A stretch of 63,932 nt of DNA, the filler included, from Barthelona sp. PAP020 (taxonomy: Eukaryota): assembly GCA_040182905.1 (NCBI GenBank). It is 3 parts of 3 records of this genome, joined end to end, with 100 filler letters (N's around TTAATTAATTAA, not from the genome) between each part and the next. Parts side by side here need not be neighbours in the genome. Positions count along the whole stretch, not along the records: positions 48,776 to 63,932 come from JARQWU010000287.1; 2 more parts are not named here. One strand, given 5' to 3'. Of the stretch, positions 53,640 through 63,932 are shown one piece after another; position 1 is the first letter of the stretch, and each line of letters begins with the position of its first letter. The notes under the pieces were generated by a model. It made no database searches. It saw only the letters and a list, made by a program, of their open reading frames with translations, and was not told the origin of the DNA. The translations under genes were made by a program, and so were the position numbers.

Positions 53640-53834
53640 TAATATTTATGTAAATTGATGAACTTTTTCTTTTGTCTTTTTATTAATTGTGGCTTATTTT
53701 TGTTATTGAATAATGTTTTTGATTGATTGATGTATGTTTTTAAGATTAATCTCCAAAATGAAACTGTATACTGCATCTAAGGATTAGATATTTTGTGTTG
53801 CGAATGTTTTTTTGATGTTGTATGGTATGAATAA

Positions 53835-55076
53835 ATGGATGTTGAAAGTGACGATATATTGAAGAAAAGAATATTTCAGATGTTTCCTTTAACTATTCAT
53901 GAAAGCAGTTTGAAAATCTGTCCAGACATTTGTGATGAAGACGATATTTCTCGTTATCAGTACCATTCTATTTGTAAATTACTGTTTTCAATAGATGGAG
54001 AATTTGTTTTTGTTGCTTGTTTTGATGGTTATCTAAAGATATTAGATCGAAATCTGTTGCTTAGAAAAGCAATTAGAATCAGCAAACTTAAAATAAATGA
54101 TATAGTTTGTTCTTATGATGGCAAATGTTTTGCCGTAAGCTGTTATAATGAAATAAATATTTACAACATGAGAAATTTTGAATTTGAATTTTGTTTGATA
54201 AAAGATTTGTCTGCTCAATCTATTGTCTTTTCAAAATGTTCTTCATTCCTTTTTACTATTGAAAGATCCGGGAAACTGAGCAAATGGGATTTACACAGCA
54301 GGATTTGTCTTCAACATGTGATGATTGGTTCGTTTGTTGATTTTTATCATTCCATGGATATTTCTTGCAATTGTAATGTTGTTGCAATCCCTTGCCATGA
54401 TGAAAAAATTTGTTTTGTGGATGTGATTTCTTTCTTAGTTTTTGATATTCTTAGTCTTCCTGGCAATGTAAAAAGGATTAAATTTGCATCCTATTTCAAC
54501 AAAGAAGTCATCTTCATTGCAGTTAAAAAATTCATTGAAAGAGGTGAATATTTTAATGCTTTGATAGTTTATAACATAAAATTAAGAAGATTATTGCGTA
54601 CAATTACATTTGATTGTAGTATTTTGGCAATCGAATCTTTAGTTAATAATTATTTTGTTATTTTAACTGATGATGGTTATTTGAGAATGTTAAATCTCGT
54701 TAATGGCATGCAAATTCAAAAAATATCAGTTTGCTGTGATATTTCAATTGTTTCCATAGTTTTTTCTTTGAAACATTCAATATTACTTTGTGGTCGGTGT
54801 AAAGCACGAAACATCAACCAATTTTCAATAAAATATCAAATGAATAATTTCTATCAGCATGTTGTTGAACTCGTGACATTATCAAGAAAGAATCAAATTG
54901 TTATATCAGTATTATTATCCATGAATATTGATTCTCAATATATTCGCATACTTATTGCAACTGGCGTATGGGTTTCAATTACTGAATTTTCAATGATAAT
55001 AGATTTTTGTTGGGATCTTGTGGATTATAATGAGGATAATAATGGGAATATGCATTTATTTTTATTAGATTCTTGA
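53835..55076 (+). CDS. Divergent WD40-repeat protein
   Basis: FSIDGEFVFVACFDGYLKI, SYDGK, LSKWD repeats; helical C-terminal tail. Confidence 0.75.
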   Translation: MDVESDDILKKRIFQMFPLTIHESSLKICPDICDEDDISRYQYHSICKLLFSIDGEFVFVACFDGYLKILDRNLLLRKAIRISKLKINDIVCSYDGKCFAVSCYNEINIYNMRNFEFEFCLIKDLSAQSIVFSKCSSFLFTIERSGKLSKWDLHSRICLQHVMIGSFVDFYHSMDISCNCNVVAIPCHDEKICFVDVISFLVFDILSLPGNVKRIKFASYFNKEVIFIAVKKFIERGEYFNALIVYNIKLRRLLRTITFDCSILAIESLVNNYFVILTDDGYLRMLNLVNGMQIQKISVCCDISIVSIVFSLKHSILLCGRCKARNINQFSIKYQMNNFYQHVVELVTLSRKNQIVISVLLSMNIDSQYIRILIATGVWVSITEFSMIIDFCWDLVDYNEDNNGNMHLFLLDS

Positions 55077-55266
55077 TACAATTGCAATTTTTAATGTGAA
55101 AATAATTATTTTTTTTCAAAATTTCCTTTCTTTTTGTTCTTCACAAATTGATACGATATAGTTTTGGAGATGATTTCTGAACATTTATTAATGTTTGTTT
55201 GATTAGTTTTAATAAATAAGATTCTTTGTTTTGATAATTTTTTTTAAAGAATTGAAGGAATTTCAA

Positions 55267-56193
55267 ATGCTAATTCGATATTTATTTATTTGTTTTCTAT
55301 TTTTATCCTCAATTCATGCAAATGATGTGAATAAGTTTGCAAAACATTACGATTTTTCACCGAATCAAATTCGTAATTTCAAATGCAGAATTTCTTCCCC
55401 AACAGGACTTTTAGTCATTCAAACAAATATAACAAACCCTAATTTATTGAAAAATGGCAGCTTAAATGCTGTTAGAATTCAAGATTATTTTGAAGTTCGA
55501 GATTTAGAGACTTTTTCCCTTCACAACAATGATTCAAGATATTTACAAATTAAAATAGGGGTTCTTTATAATGAAGAATATATATCTTGGTATAAAGAAT
55601 CTTTTGAAATAAATTATTCACATAAACGTGGTTTAAGTTTTGTTCCCAACGTGTATAATATGTTGTCTATTAGATTTGGCAAAGTAAATTTCACCTCTCA
55701 AAAAATATGTTTCAGTCTTTATCAATGTGATAACACATTCAATTCTGATAATGACATTTCACCTCTTATTATTCAATTTGCTGAAGAGAGAGGTGCTTGT
55801 AATCGAGTTTTAGACAGTGTCAATAGAACTGGAGAAGGTGAATTGTTGATAAAAGATGGAAATAATGATGTTCCTGGAATATACTTTTATCCTGAAATTT
55901 CAGCAAACAATGCTTTTGAAAAAAACAAATTTTTTATTGTGTTTCAATTGCTTCACATCAGCAACCATAGTTCCATCACAAATGTTAATTTACTTACTCA
56001 ATTAGGAGCTGCACAAATTGTGAATGATGAAGCTTCAATTGGCATTTTCTTTGTTGTTGGATTTTTGCTCATGTTGGTGGGAATTTATATTCTCTTCAAA
56101 AGACTCTCCTTAGAAGAGGCGAGATTTGGTTATAAACCAAAACCAATAATTATTCAACCCTTCAAAACCTCTTTTGATTTCACCGAATTGTAA
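55267..56193 (+). CDS. Type I membrane protein of unknown function
   Basis: Signal peptide MLIRYLFICFLFLSSIHA and C-terminal TM. Confidence 0.72.
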   Translation: MLIRYLFICFLFLSSIHANDVNKFAKHYDFSPNQIRNFKCRISSPTGLLVIQTNITNPNLLKNGSLNAVRIQDYFEVRDLETFSLHNNDSRYLQIKIGVLYNEEYISWYKESFEINYSHKRGLSFVPNVYNMLSIRFGKVNFTSQKICFSLYQCDNTFNSDNDISPLIIQFAEERGACNRVLDSVNRTGEGELLIKDGNNDVPGIYFYPEISANNAFEKNKFFIVFQLLHISNHSSITNVNLLTQLGAAQIVNDEASIGIFFVVGFLLMLVGIYILFKRLSLEEARFGYKPKPIIIQPFKTSFDFTEL

Positions 56194-56317
56194 ATTTTGC
56201 TTTTAGAATCGATTTTTTTTTGGCCTATATTGAACCTTTGATTATATTCAAACAATCTTTGAATAAGACAACAAACTTGACTCAAAATGTTTTTTGTAAT
56301 ATCTTTTCCCTTTTATA

Positions 56318-56872
56318 ATGACACAAATCTTCTCAAATGGTGATTTGAATGTGTTTGTAGGTGGTTATGAGCCAAATTATTCAAATAGAAATTGGATGCT
56401 TCGGAATAAAATCGATTTTGCCGTTAATTGTTTAGGATATGATGTTCCTAATAATATTGGAGTAACTACAATAGTATTTAAAGCTTTTGAATTGCAAAAT
56501 TATGGATTTGAATCCTTTCAAAAGAAATTTTCTGATTTATCACGGCAAATTCCAAATGATTCAGTTTCAAACGTCTTATTTTTTTGTTCTTTAGGACAAG
56601 TAAGGAGTGCAAGTTCAGCGATTGGTTATTTGGGATTTAATTTATTTGATTCTGCCTTGAGTATTGTTTCAAATGCACATATTCAACGCCCAATTATTGA
56701 TCCATACGCTGAAGTAGTTAAATTTATTATAGAATATCAAATCACAATTGGAAAAAATCCTGAGTTAAATATTGCACAATATTTGAAATATTGCGATTCT
56801 CTTGAAGGTTATACAAATGAATTTTATGAAAATTTGGTTGATTGTGTAAGTAGTAATCCTTTATTAAAGTGA
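56318..56872 (+). CDS. Dual-specificity phosphatase-like protein
   Basis: VFVGG, IDFAVNC, NVLFFCSLGQVRSAS (CX5R) .IGYL. Confidence 0.78.
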   Translation: MTQIFSNGDLNVFVGGYEPNYSNRNWMLRNKIDFAVNCLGYDVPNNIGVTTIVFKAFELQNYGFESFQKKFSDLSRQIPNDSVSNVLFFCSLGQVRSASSAIGYLGFNLFDSALSIVSNAHIQRPIIDPYAEVVKFIIEYQITIGKNPELNIAQYLKYCDSLEGYTNEFYENLVDCVSSNPLLK

Positions 56873-57035
56873 ATAAAACATTTTTTGATTTTTTTTCTTC
56901 ATTTAGAGCAAAAATTTCTTAAAAAGGTTCAAATACAATTTGCTGTTGATTTTTTCAAAGTAGTCAATATGCTTTTGGAAAAATTCTAAAATTTATTCAA
57001 TGAAAAAAAAAAATAAAACCCATTTATAAACATTT

Positions 57036-57788
57036 TTATTCATTGAAAAAAATAGCTTCAATTTTTGAAGGATCAGCATTTTTTTCTTCTCTATCAGAAT
57101 ACCTAAAATGCAAATATGACAAAAAAGAACAACTCAAACCAATAATACTTCCAAAAAGTACATCAGTCATATGATGCCTATTGTCAACACGTCTGCTCAC
57201 TGCAATCCAAGAAGCAATAAAGAAAGAAACCAGTGAACTAAATGTTTTTAAAGAACTTTTATATCCTTTTAATTCAAAATAATTAAAAAGGGCCAAAAAT
57301 CCGAAAGAAGCAAAGGCAGAAGCAGAATGACCACTTGGAAAAGACTGTCTTCCATCTTTCAAAAGCTTCAAATTTTGAGTTGTACACTTTGCAGGTTTGA
57401 ATACATCAGTTCCTCCTTCAATAGCTTCAGGAATACATCTTGCTAGAAAATCGGGACGTAACCTTCCTGCCAATGGCTTTAGAACACCAACAAATGTTAC
57501 ACAATACAATTGCGATAAAGCAAATGAAAAAATAAAATCAATAACCCATGGTTTTTTGGATTTAAAAAAAAACTTCATAAAAACAATATACAATATGGCC
57601 GCCCCAGTAAAACTAATCGTTAATACAGGTATGGACCAGGTATTCTCTCTGTATGGAAAAGAAATTGACAAATCAGTCATTGAAAAATCTCTTTCTTGAA
57701 CAGGAATTATTAAACCAATGATTGCACAAACTCCACAAAGAATTAAAGTTACGATGTGTCTCTTAAAATTCTCTTTCAATCTCTCCAT
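57036..57788 (-). CDS. PAP2 lipid phosphate phosphatase
   Basis: K...GRLRPDFLARC, SFPSGH, SRRVDNRHH..DV. Confidence 0.93.
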   Translation of the reverse strand: MERLKENFKRHIVTLILCGVCAIIGLIIPVQERDFSMTDLSISFPYRENTWSIPVLTISFTGAAILYIVFMKFFFKSKKPWVIDFIFSFALSQLYCVTFVGVLKPLAGRLRPDFLARCIPEAIEGGTDVFKPAKCTTQNLKLLKDGRQSFPSGHSASAFASFGFLALFNYFELKGYKSSLKTFSSLVSFFIASWIAVSRRVDNRHHMTDVLFGSIIGLSCSFLSYLHFRYSDREEKNADPSKIEAIFFNE

Positions 57789-57977
57789 GAATTAAAAAAT
57801 TATTTTTGCAGAACTTTTTTTGAATGATTACTGGACATTGATTAAAAATTAAACAAAACAATAAAAAAACTATTTATTCAACAAATTTTTATAAAAAGAA
57901 GAAGAAGCATCATCATTTTTAATTCAAAAAGGGAAATTAACAAATATGGTTGTATGGATTGATTGATGAATAAGATC

Positions 57978-58358
57978 TCAAGAAATAATACTATTCAGTT
58001 TCATCAACAATGATGGATTTTCAAAAGCAGCAGAGAGTCTTTCTTTATCGTTTAATTGCATGTTGATCATAACGTAATCATTATGAGTATGTGGTTTTAT
58101 TTGAACTTTAACTTTGAAACGAGGAGGTAAACATCTGTTCAATTTAGCTGCAATTCCAAGACCAATATGAATAGCCATTGTACAATGAGGTACAGTAGGG
58201 ATATAAATAACCTCTATTTTATCATTTTCAACATCATACGTAATCAAATCTTTCTTGACAACATCCAACTTTTCAAGACTAACAGGATGTTCAGGATCTC
58301 TAATATCTTTAATTAGGTCAAATATTTCATCAATAGTAAAAGGATCTCGTTCAGCCAT
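57978..58358 (-). CDS. CIA2: Cytosolic Fe-S assembly factor CIA2/MIP18 (FAM96)
   Basis: IRDPEHP.SLE.L.VV, PTVPHC.MA..IGL, QLNDKER..AA.EN. Confidence 0.93.
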   Translation of the reverse strand: MAERDPFTIDEIFDLIKDIRDPEHPVSLEKLDVVKKDLITYDVENDKIEVIYIPTVPHCTMAIHIGLGIAAKLNRCLPPRFKVKVQIKPHTHNDYVMINMQLNDKERLSAAFENPSLLMKLNSIIS

Positions 58359-58551
58359 TTGAGAATAAACACAATAATTCTCTCCAAATTTTTTTTAAAA
58401 TTGTATTTCTTTATTGTGGTATGAAATGTTGAAGAAACTTTTTGAACATAAATATTGAGATATTTGGTGAGGCGGTTGGAAGGCAAATTTTTGGTGCGCT
58501 TTTTTTTTTTGTCTTTTTACTTCCTAAACTTTAATTTGAATTGACTTAAAA

Positions 58552-59529
58552 ATGAATCTTGATGAAGAAATATTTGATAATGTGGATGATGAGTTGTTTT
58601 TTCAAAGAGATCATCTCAAACAAACACATTTTCAACCACCTCACAAAGTTTCAGAAGCTGTCTTAGATGTTACCACTGGTGAGTCCGTTACTTTTTTTGA
58701 AGAGGAAGAGGATGACTTTGATTTCTTTTCAACACCTTCTTTTGTCATTGAGCACAAAAGAATTTTAGAAAATATGACCAAAAGTATACCTAAGTATCAA
58801 TTTTCTTCTGAAGAATTTACAGAAAAACAAGTTCAAATCAATTTTTCTATGAGACAAATATTGTTGGATTGGTTGTGTGAAGTGTTCTTTGAATTCAAAT
58901 TACGTCCTCAAACACTATTTCGTGCCATTAATATTCTCGATCGTGTTAGTTCTAAAGTTTTAATATTGAAAGATGAGTATCAATTAGTTGGTGGAGTTTG
59001 CATGTTTATGGCTGCAAAGTTGGAGGAAGTAAAGTCACCAAATGTCAAAGATTATGTTTGGATTTGTGATTATACATATAGTGAAGAACATTTCATTGAT
59101 GTTGAAAAAAGAATTTGTGAATTGTTGGATTTTGATGTGTTATCGCCTGTTAGTTTTGAGTTTTTATCATATTTTTTACAGTTATATGCTGGAGATGTTG
59201 AGGTTGGATATTTAGCGGTATTTTTATGTTTATTATTAGCTTTTGATTCCAAAACTTATGATATGAATCCAAAAATAGCCGCTGTGTGTTCAGTTTTAGT
59301 TGCTGGATCTCATTCATCTTATAAAAATTTCAATAGAATTCTTCATCAAATAGAATTTGAAAAAGAAGATTTGTTAGACACAATTGTTCGTGTTTCTACG
59401 TTATTTTCTTCAGCAAAACATTCAAAGAATCTTGCTGCTTATGTTAAATTTGCAGATTTTGGTTCTTTGGTATCTGCCCCTGCTCTTCCTTGTTCTGAAG
59501 TTGTTGATGATATTTTTTCCCATTATTGA
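58552..59529 (+). CDS. A/B-type cyclin
   Basis: Cyclin box MRQILLDWL.EV...LRPQTLF.AINILDR, YQLVG..C.F.AAK.EE. Confidence 0.92.
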   Translation: MNLDEEIFDNVDDELFFQRDHLKQTHFQPPHKVSEAVLDVTTGESVTFFEEEEDDFDFFSTPSFVIEHKRILENMTKSIPKYQFSSEEFTEKQVQINFSMRQILLDWLCEVFFEFKLRPQTLFRAINILDRVSSKVLILKDEYQLVGGVCMFMAAKLEEVKSPNVKDYVWICDYTYSEEHFIDVEKRICELLDFDVLSPVSFEFLSYFLQLYAGDVEVGYLAVFLCLLLAFDSKTYDMNPKIAAVCSVLVAGSHSSYKNFNRILHQIEFEKEDLLDTIVRVSTLFSSAKHSKNLAAYVKFADFGSLVSAPALPCSEVVDDIFSHY

Positions 59530-59655
59530 CAATTTATTTATTATGTGAGTGCCTTTTTTAAAGACTGCAATGATTTTTTGGACATTTCATTCAGTCTTTG
59601 TAAATACAAATTAATTTTTTTCCCTTTTTTTTTGACTAATGGAATAAGAAACTAT

Positions 59656-60051
59656 TTATAATTTATTTAATCTGTTTGTTACAACTCGAGGGTTTTGTAT
59701 GACTAACTTTTCTTTGTTATCAGCTTGAAAATCAAAAGTACAATCGTGTTCATCTGGATATCTATGAATTGAACAAAAGGCTCTTTCACAGTGACATTTA
59801 AAGCCAAAATATCCAACTTTTTTGTTACAAACTGCACATCTTGACAAATCGATAGGTTTTGCAGCAGATTCAATTTTTGGTGAAATATTTGGTTCTTTAA
59901 TACTTGACAATATTAAATCTGGATTTAGTGAAGCTACTTCTTTGTAACAAACTGAACAATATCCATTTGTTTGATTGCTACCATAAAATTTTTGACATTT
60001 AATACATAGTTGAGGTTGATCATTTTGTGTATGTGTGATTTCAGAAGCCAT
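59656..60051 (-). CDS. A20/AN1 zinc-finger protein (ZFAND5/SAP family)
   Basis: LC..C..FYG....GYCSVC and RC..C.KKVG..GFKC.C...FC..HRY...HDC. Confidence 0.93.
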   Translation of the reverse strand: MASEITHTQNDQPQLCIKCQKFYGSNQTNGYCSVCYKEVASLNPDLILSSIKEPNISPKIESAAKPIDLSRCAVCNKKVGYFGFKCHCERAFCSIHRYPDEHDCTFDFQADNKEKLVIQNPRVVTNRLNKL

Positions 60052-60413
60052 TTTTTAAATTGTTCTGATTAAAAAAAAAGAATATGAAGGAGATTAGAAG
60101 GAAAAATTTTTTGGTGAAGCAAAACCTCTCGTTTTTAGCACCGTAAATATCGAGGTTCACTTGATTATCATTTCTTAAAATTATTAAAATGAGTTCAAAT
60201 TAAAGTTCTTATTATTTATTTGATCAAACCAATAGGTTTCCAAAAGAAATGTGAATTTTTGAAAAAAAGAATGTATTCTTCAATTTTACTTAAACTTTAA
60301 ATGTTTTCAACAAGATGATTTTATCATTTGAAGTATTGAACTCAAAATGAAAAAGTAAATTAATTTTTTTTTTGTCATTTAAAACAAATCAATGGATTGA
60401 TATTTACAGTTCC

Positions 60414-62114
60414 ATGCCAGCAAATCCCACAAAAACAACACATTTGCCTTTGCTTAAACTGAATAATGTGAAACCTCCTACTTTTCCTCCTGATGGAAAT
60501 GTTAGACCTGGCAAAATTAGAAAAAATCACAATTATAACTCGATTAATATGCCACAGACTCATCGTAACACTGTAAAATTCCCAAATCGTAGTATGTATG
60601 GAGGTTCTTTGACTTCACGTCCTTCAAAAATCAAAAATAACAAGAACAGCAACAATAACGAAAATGTGGCAAAAGATTTATTGCAACAATTGAAAGAAAA
60701 TGACAAAAATAATATTCCCACCATTGATCAAAGTAGCCATGTTAAAAGCAGACCTACCACTCAAAACGATTCTAGAAATGCTTTAAGTAATGATTCTAAT
60801 CCTGATTTACCTTTAACACCACAAAATGTGTTGCGAAAACATGGAAATATGTTAACAGCATATGAAAAGATTGAAATTTTGGACTACGAAAGTGTTTATT
60901 ATTTTGGAACGTTTGATAGCAAACGACATGGATCCAAAGGAGATCAATTTGATGATGATCGAGGGGATTATCAAATTGAGATTCAAGACCATATTGGATA
61001 TAAATACGAAGTGTTAGCATCATTTGGAAATGGATCATTTGGAAAGGTTATGAAATGTTTTGACCATTCTACTGGCGCTACAGTTGCTTTGAAAATGGTT
61101 AGAAACAAAAAAAGATTTTATCACCAATCTCTGGTTGAAACTCGAATTTTAGAACATATTAAGGACAACGATAGTGGTGATAAATACAATATGGTAAGAT
61201 TATTAGCCAATTTTAGGTTCAGAGGCCATCTATGTTTGGTATTTGAGCCCCTCAGCATCAATTTATATGAATTTATGAAAGAGAATCATTTTCAGCCGAT
61301 GTCAACATCTTTGATTCGAAGATTTACCATTCAATTGTTGAATTGTTTATCTTTTTTGAAAAAGCATCAAATAGTTCATTGTGATATCAAACCAGAGAAC
61401 GTTTTAATGAAACAATCAAATAAATCAGGCATTAAAGTTATTGATTTTGGTTCTAGCTGCTTTGAACAAGAGAGGATTTATACCTATATTCAATCAAGGT
61501 TTTATAGAGCCCCAGAAATTATATTAGGATTACCTTATGGTTGCCCTATTGATATGTGGTCTTTAGGATGTATGTTAGCTGAGTTTCACACTGGTTATCC
61601 TTTATTTCCTGGAGAGAATGAACATGATCAACTGTTGTGCATGATGGAAATTTTGGATTTACCACCCCAAAGATTGATTGATGCTTCACCTAGAAGAAAG
61701 TTGTTTTTTGATTCTGTTGGTCATGCCAAGATAGTCCCTAATAGTCGTGGTAAGAAAAGAATGCCTAATAATAAACAGTTATCTGCAGCGGTTAGGTCAA
61801 ATAATGCTAGTTTTATAGATTTTATTGACCGGTGTTTGGATTGGAATTCAGAAACTAGAATGTCACCTTTGGAAGCATTGCAACATCCTTTCATTGTTGA
61901 AGGTCAATCAACTTTTCGACATGTTGCACCAAAACAAACCAATAATTCTAATCCTAATAGTCCTCAAAAGTTTGGAAACTTTGGTATTTCAACAGACAAT
62001 AAAGAAACAACTACAATCAGTAATTTACTTACTGATTCCAATTTCTCATCTTTATTGAATGGAAACAGTTTTAATGATGGTAATAGTGAATTATTGCCTC
62101 GTTTAAACTTTTGA
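60414..62114 (+). CDS. DYRK2: DYRK class 2 kinase
   Basis: DH box DDDRGDY, HCDIKPEN, IDFGSSC, YTYIQSRFYRAPE; start ATG uncertain. Confidence 0.92.
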   Translation: MPANPTKTTHLPLLKLNNVKPPTFPPDGNVRPGKIRKNHNYNSINMPQTHRNTVKFPNRSMYGGSLTSRPSKIKNNKNSNNNENVAKDLLQQLKENDKNNIPTIDQSSHVKSRPTTQNDSRNALSNDSNPDLPLTPQNVLRKHGNMLTAYEKIEILDYESVYYFGTFDSKRHGSKGDQFDDDRGDYQIEIQDHIGYKYEVLASFGNGSFGKVMKCFDHSTGATVALKMVRNKKRFYHQSLVETRILEHIKDNDSGDKYNMVRLLANFRFRGHLCLVFEPLSINLYEFMKENHFQPMSTSLIRRFTIQLLNCLSFLKKHQIVHCDIKPENVLMKQSNKSGIKVIDFGSSCFEQERIYTYIQSRFYRAPEIILGLPYGCPIDMWSLGCMLAEFHTGYPLFPGENEHDQLLCMMEILDLPPQRLIDASPRRKLFFDSVGHAKIVPNSRGKKRMPNNKQLSAAVRSNNASFIDFIDRCLDWNSETRMSPLEALQHPFIVEGQSTFRHVAPKQTNNSNPNSPQKFGNFGISTDNKETTTISNLLTDSNFSSLLNGNSFNDGNSELLPRLNF

Positions 62115-62211
62115 GAGTTTGATTATTTTCGTATTTTTAAACATGATAAAAAAGCCTTCGATTATTTTGTTTTTAATTTTTCATTTTTTGTGGAGGTATA
62201 TTGAAAGATAG

Positions 62212-63591
62212 ATGGGATTCTTTGGCCAATCAATCCCAAATGAAACATTATACAATCAAAATATGGAATATCAGATAAAAATTGATGAAATGGAAAAAAT
62301 AATCGAAATACAAAAAAATACAATTGATAGTTTACAATTATCAATAAACTCACAAATACAATTACATGATCCTTTGATTAATAGTATTGAATGGTTGATT
62401 AATTTGATAAATTCTTATAAAAATCAAAGTTGTTCAATATATGATGATTTGATTCAATTATCAAAGGATTATAATATCCTAATAACTAATTCTATTGAAG
62501 TTTCTAATTATGAAAGTTTATTTCAACATAGTTCAAGTTATGAATATCAATTCAATCATTTTATTAAGAATATTAGAACTCAATTTGAAGACATATATTT
62601 AGAAACAAAAGAATTAAGGGAAGATTTGATTGGGGAAGATATGTTTCCAGAAATGTATGAAAAAAATGAAGATTTTTTGGTTCCTTCAATTAATTCAGAT
62701 AAATGTATGAAGTCAAGGATACAATTTGCACAACAGATATTGAAAAAACTTGAAAACATTCAAATTGTTTCAAATTTATCATCTCAATTGAAAAATTTGT
62801 CTGATTTGTATTATTCAATAGTTAGAAAATTAAAAGTTGACCAGAAAACAAATTTAGATTTGAATGAAAAATGTAAAAATTTGAGAGAAGAGTTAATTCA
62901 TTTGAAAAGTCAAGATAATTCAATAAGTTCCATTGACAATAACAAACACAATCTTAAATTATTTATAACAACAATAAAAGATGAAAACCAAAGATTAAAA
63001 GAATTGAATCATGAATACTTTGCTCGATATAAGGCCATTGAAAAGGAAAAGAAAGATTTACATGAACGTTTGATTGAATTGGAAATGGATTTGAATGATA
63101 AAGAGCGAATAATCACAGAAACCACAGAAGGAAGTGAAATTCAGTATTTGGGACAGGTGGATGTAATAGCTAGCCTAAAAAATGAAAATACTGAACTAAA
63201 AGATAGTTTTATGTCAATTAATGAAACATTTGAAAGATTCAAAACCAAATATTTAAAGCTAGCAAATGATCGTGCTATTTCTACAAATTCGAATGTAATA
63301 GATGAAGATATAACACATTTTAAGGAGTTACATTCATTATTAATACAGCAAACTCAACAAAATTGTAAAATGAAAAAATTATGGGAAAATCAAATTGAAA
63401 CTCTTAAAAAGGAGTTAAAATTGACACAATCCAGATTAAAAAATAAATTAGATGAAATTGTACAGTTGAAAACAACTTTTCAAGAAACAGAAATGGTAAA
63501 AAAATATGAAAAAATAAAGAAACAACTGATCATAACTACAATGGAAAGAAATACAGCGGAATTAGAGTTATTAAAGATCAATTCAAATTGA
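62212..63591 (+). CDS. Coiled-coil protein of unknown function
   Basis: 459-aa heptad-rich ORF. Confidence 0.75.
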   Translation: MGFFGQSIPNETLYNQNMEYQIKIDEMEKIIEIQKNTIDSLQLSINSQIQLHDPLINSIEWLINLINSYKNQSCSIYDDLIQLSKDYNILITNSIEVSNYESLFQHSSSYEYQFNHFIKNIRTQFEDIYLETKELREDLIGEDMFPEMYEKNEDFLVPSINSDKCMKSRIQFAQQILKKLENIQIVSNLSSQLKNLSDLYYSIVRKLKVDQKTNLDLNEKCKNLREELIHLKSQDNSISSIDNNKHNLKLFITTIKDENQRLKELNHEYFARYKAIEKEKKDLHERLIELEMDLNDKERIITETTEGSEIQYLGQVDVIASLKNENTELKDSFMSINETFERFKTKYLKLANDRAISTNSNVIDEDITHFKELHSLLIQQTQQNCKMKKLWENQIETLKKELKLTQSRLKNKLDEIVQLKTTFQETEMVKKYEKIKKQLIITTMERNTAELELLKINSN

Positions 63592-63932
63592 ACCTCAATA
63601 ATTTTGGTTGAATTCTGTCATGATAATAAATAATTATTCTTATTCTTTTTAAATATTATATTATATACACTCAAATGTCAAAATTAAAACAAGAAATAAC
63701 GTTTCATACAAAAGAAAAAATATACTAACCAAAATTTTGATACAGTTTCATTTTGTCATCTTTGGTTTTTGATTATTAGAAAAAAAGTGGGTTAAAACAA
63801 AAAAATGACAAAAAAATCCGAGTTCATTTTTTTTGTTCATCATGACTTCCATTTTTTCAACAAAAACTTTTGAGGACTTTAATCTCAATCCAGATTTACT
63901 TCATTCCATTAAGCATGAATTAAAATTCGAAC

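Noticed and set aside
600..63591. Alternative genetic code
   Set aside because: Conserved genes translate fully with the standard code and end in TAA, TAG or TGA

Overview
AT-rich, very gene-dense, intron-poor eukaryotic (flagellated protist-type) genomic DNA. The window joins three unrelated contigs (1-24357, 24458-48675, 48776-63932) with synthetic 100-bp N/TTAATTAATTAA/N spacers, so adjacency across spacers means nothing. It holds about 40 protein genes, including katanin p60, KATNAL2, Sec23, DNAJC21, SLC35F, SHIPPO-repeat, FSH1, kinase-WD40, ankyrin proteins, alpha-amylase, RBM42, CKK/CAMSAP, Rpt4, RINGv ligase, cupin, PAP2, CIA2, cyclin, A20/AN1 and DYRK2. Several genes or exons missed by the ORF track were read by hand: an enolase 3' end, spliced eS30, spliced first exons of Rpt4 and SHIPPO, and a zinc-ribbon N-terminus lacking an AUG. 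Best candidates for novelty: (1) dispersed, hairpin-rich ~300-430-nt non-coding elements, two of which share motifs including an equally spaced UGAUGA...CUGA module; (2) a 69-aa ORF with UGA at codon 4 followed by a SECIS-like hairpin (candidate new selenoprotein); (3) a full-length but catalytically eroded NRPS A-T-C module; (4) a TAF1B/Rrn7-like gene that appears to need non-AUG initiation. All identifications are by eye from motifs; no searches or folding programs were run.
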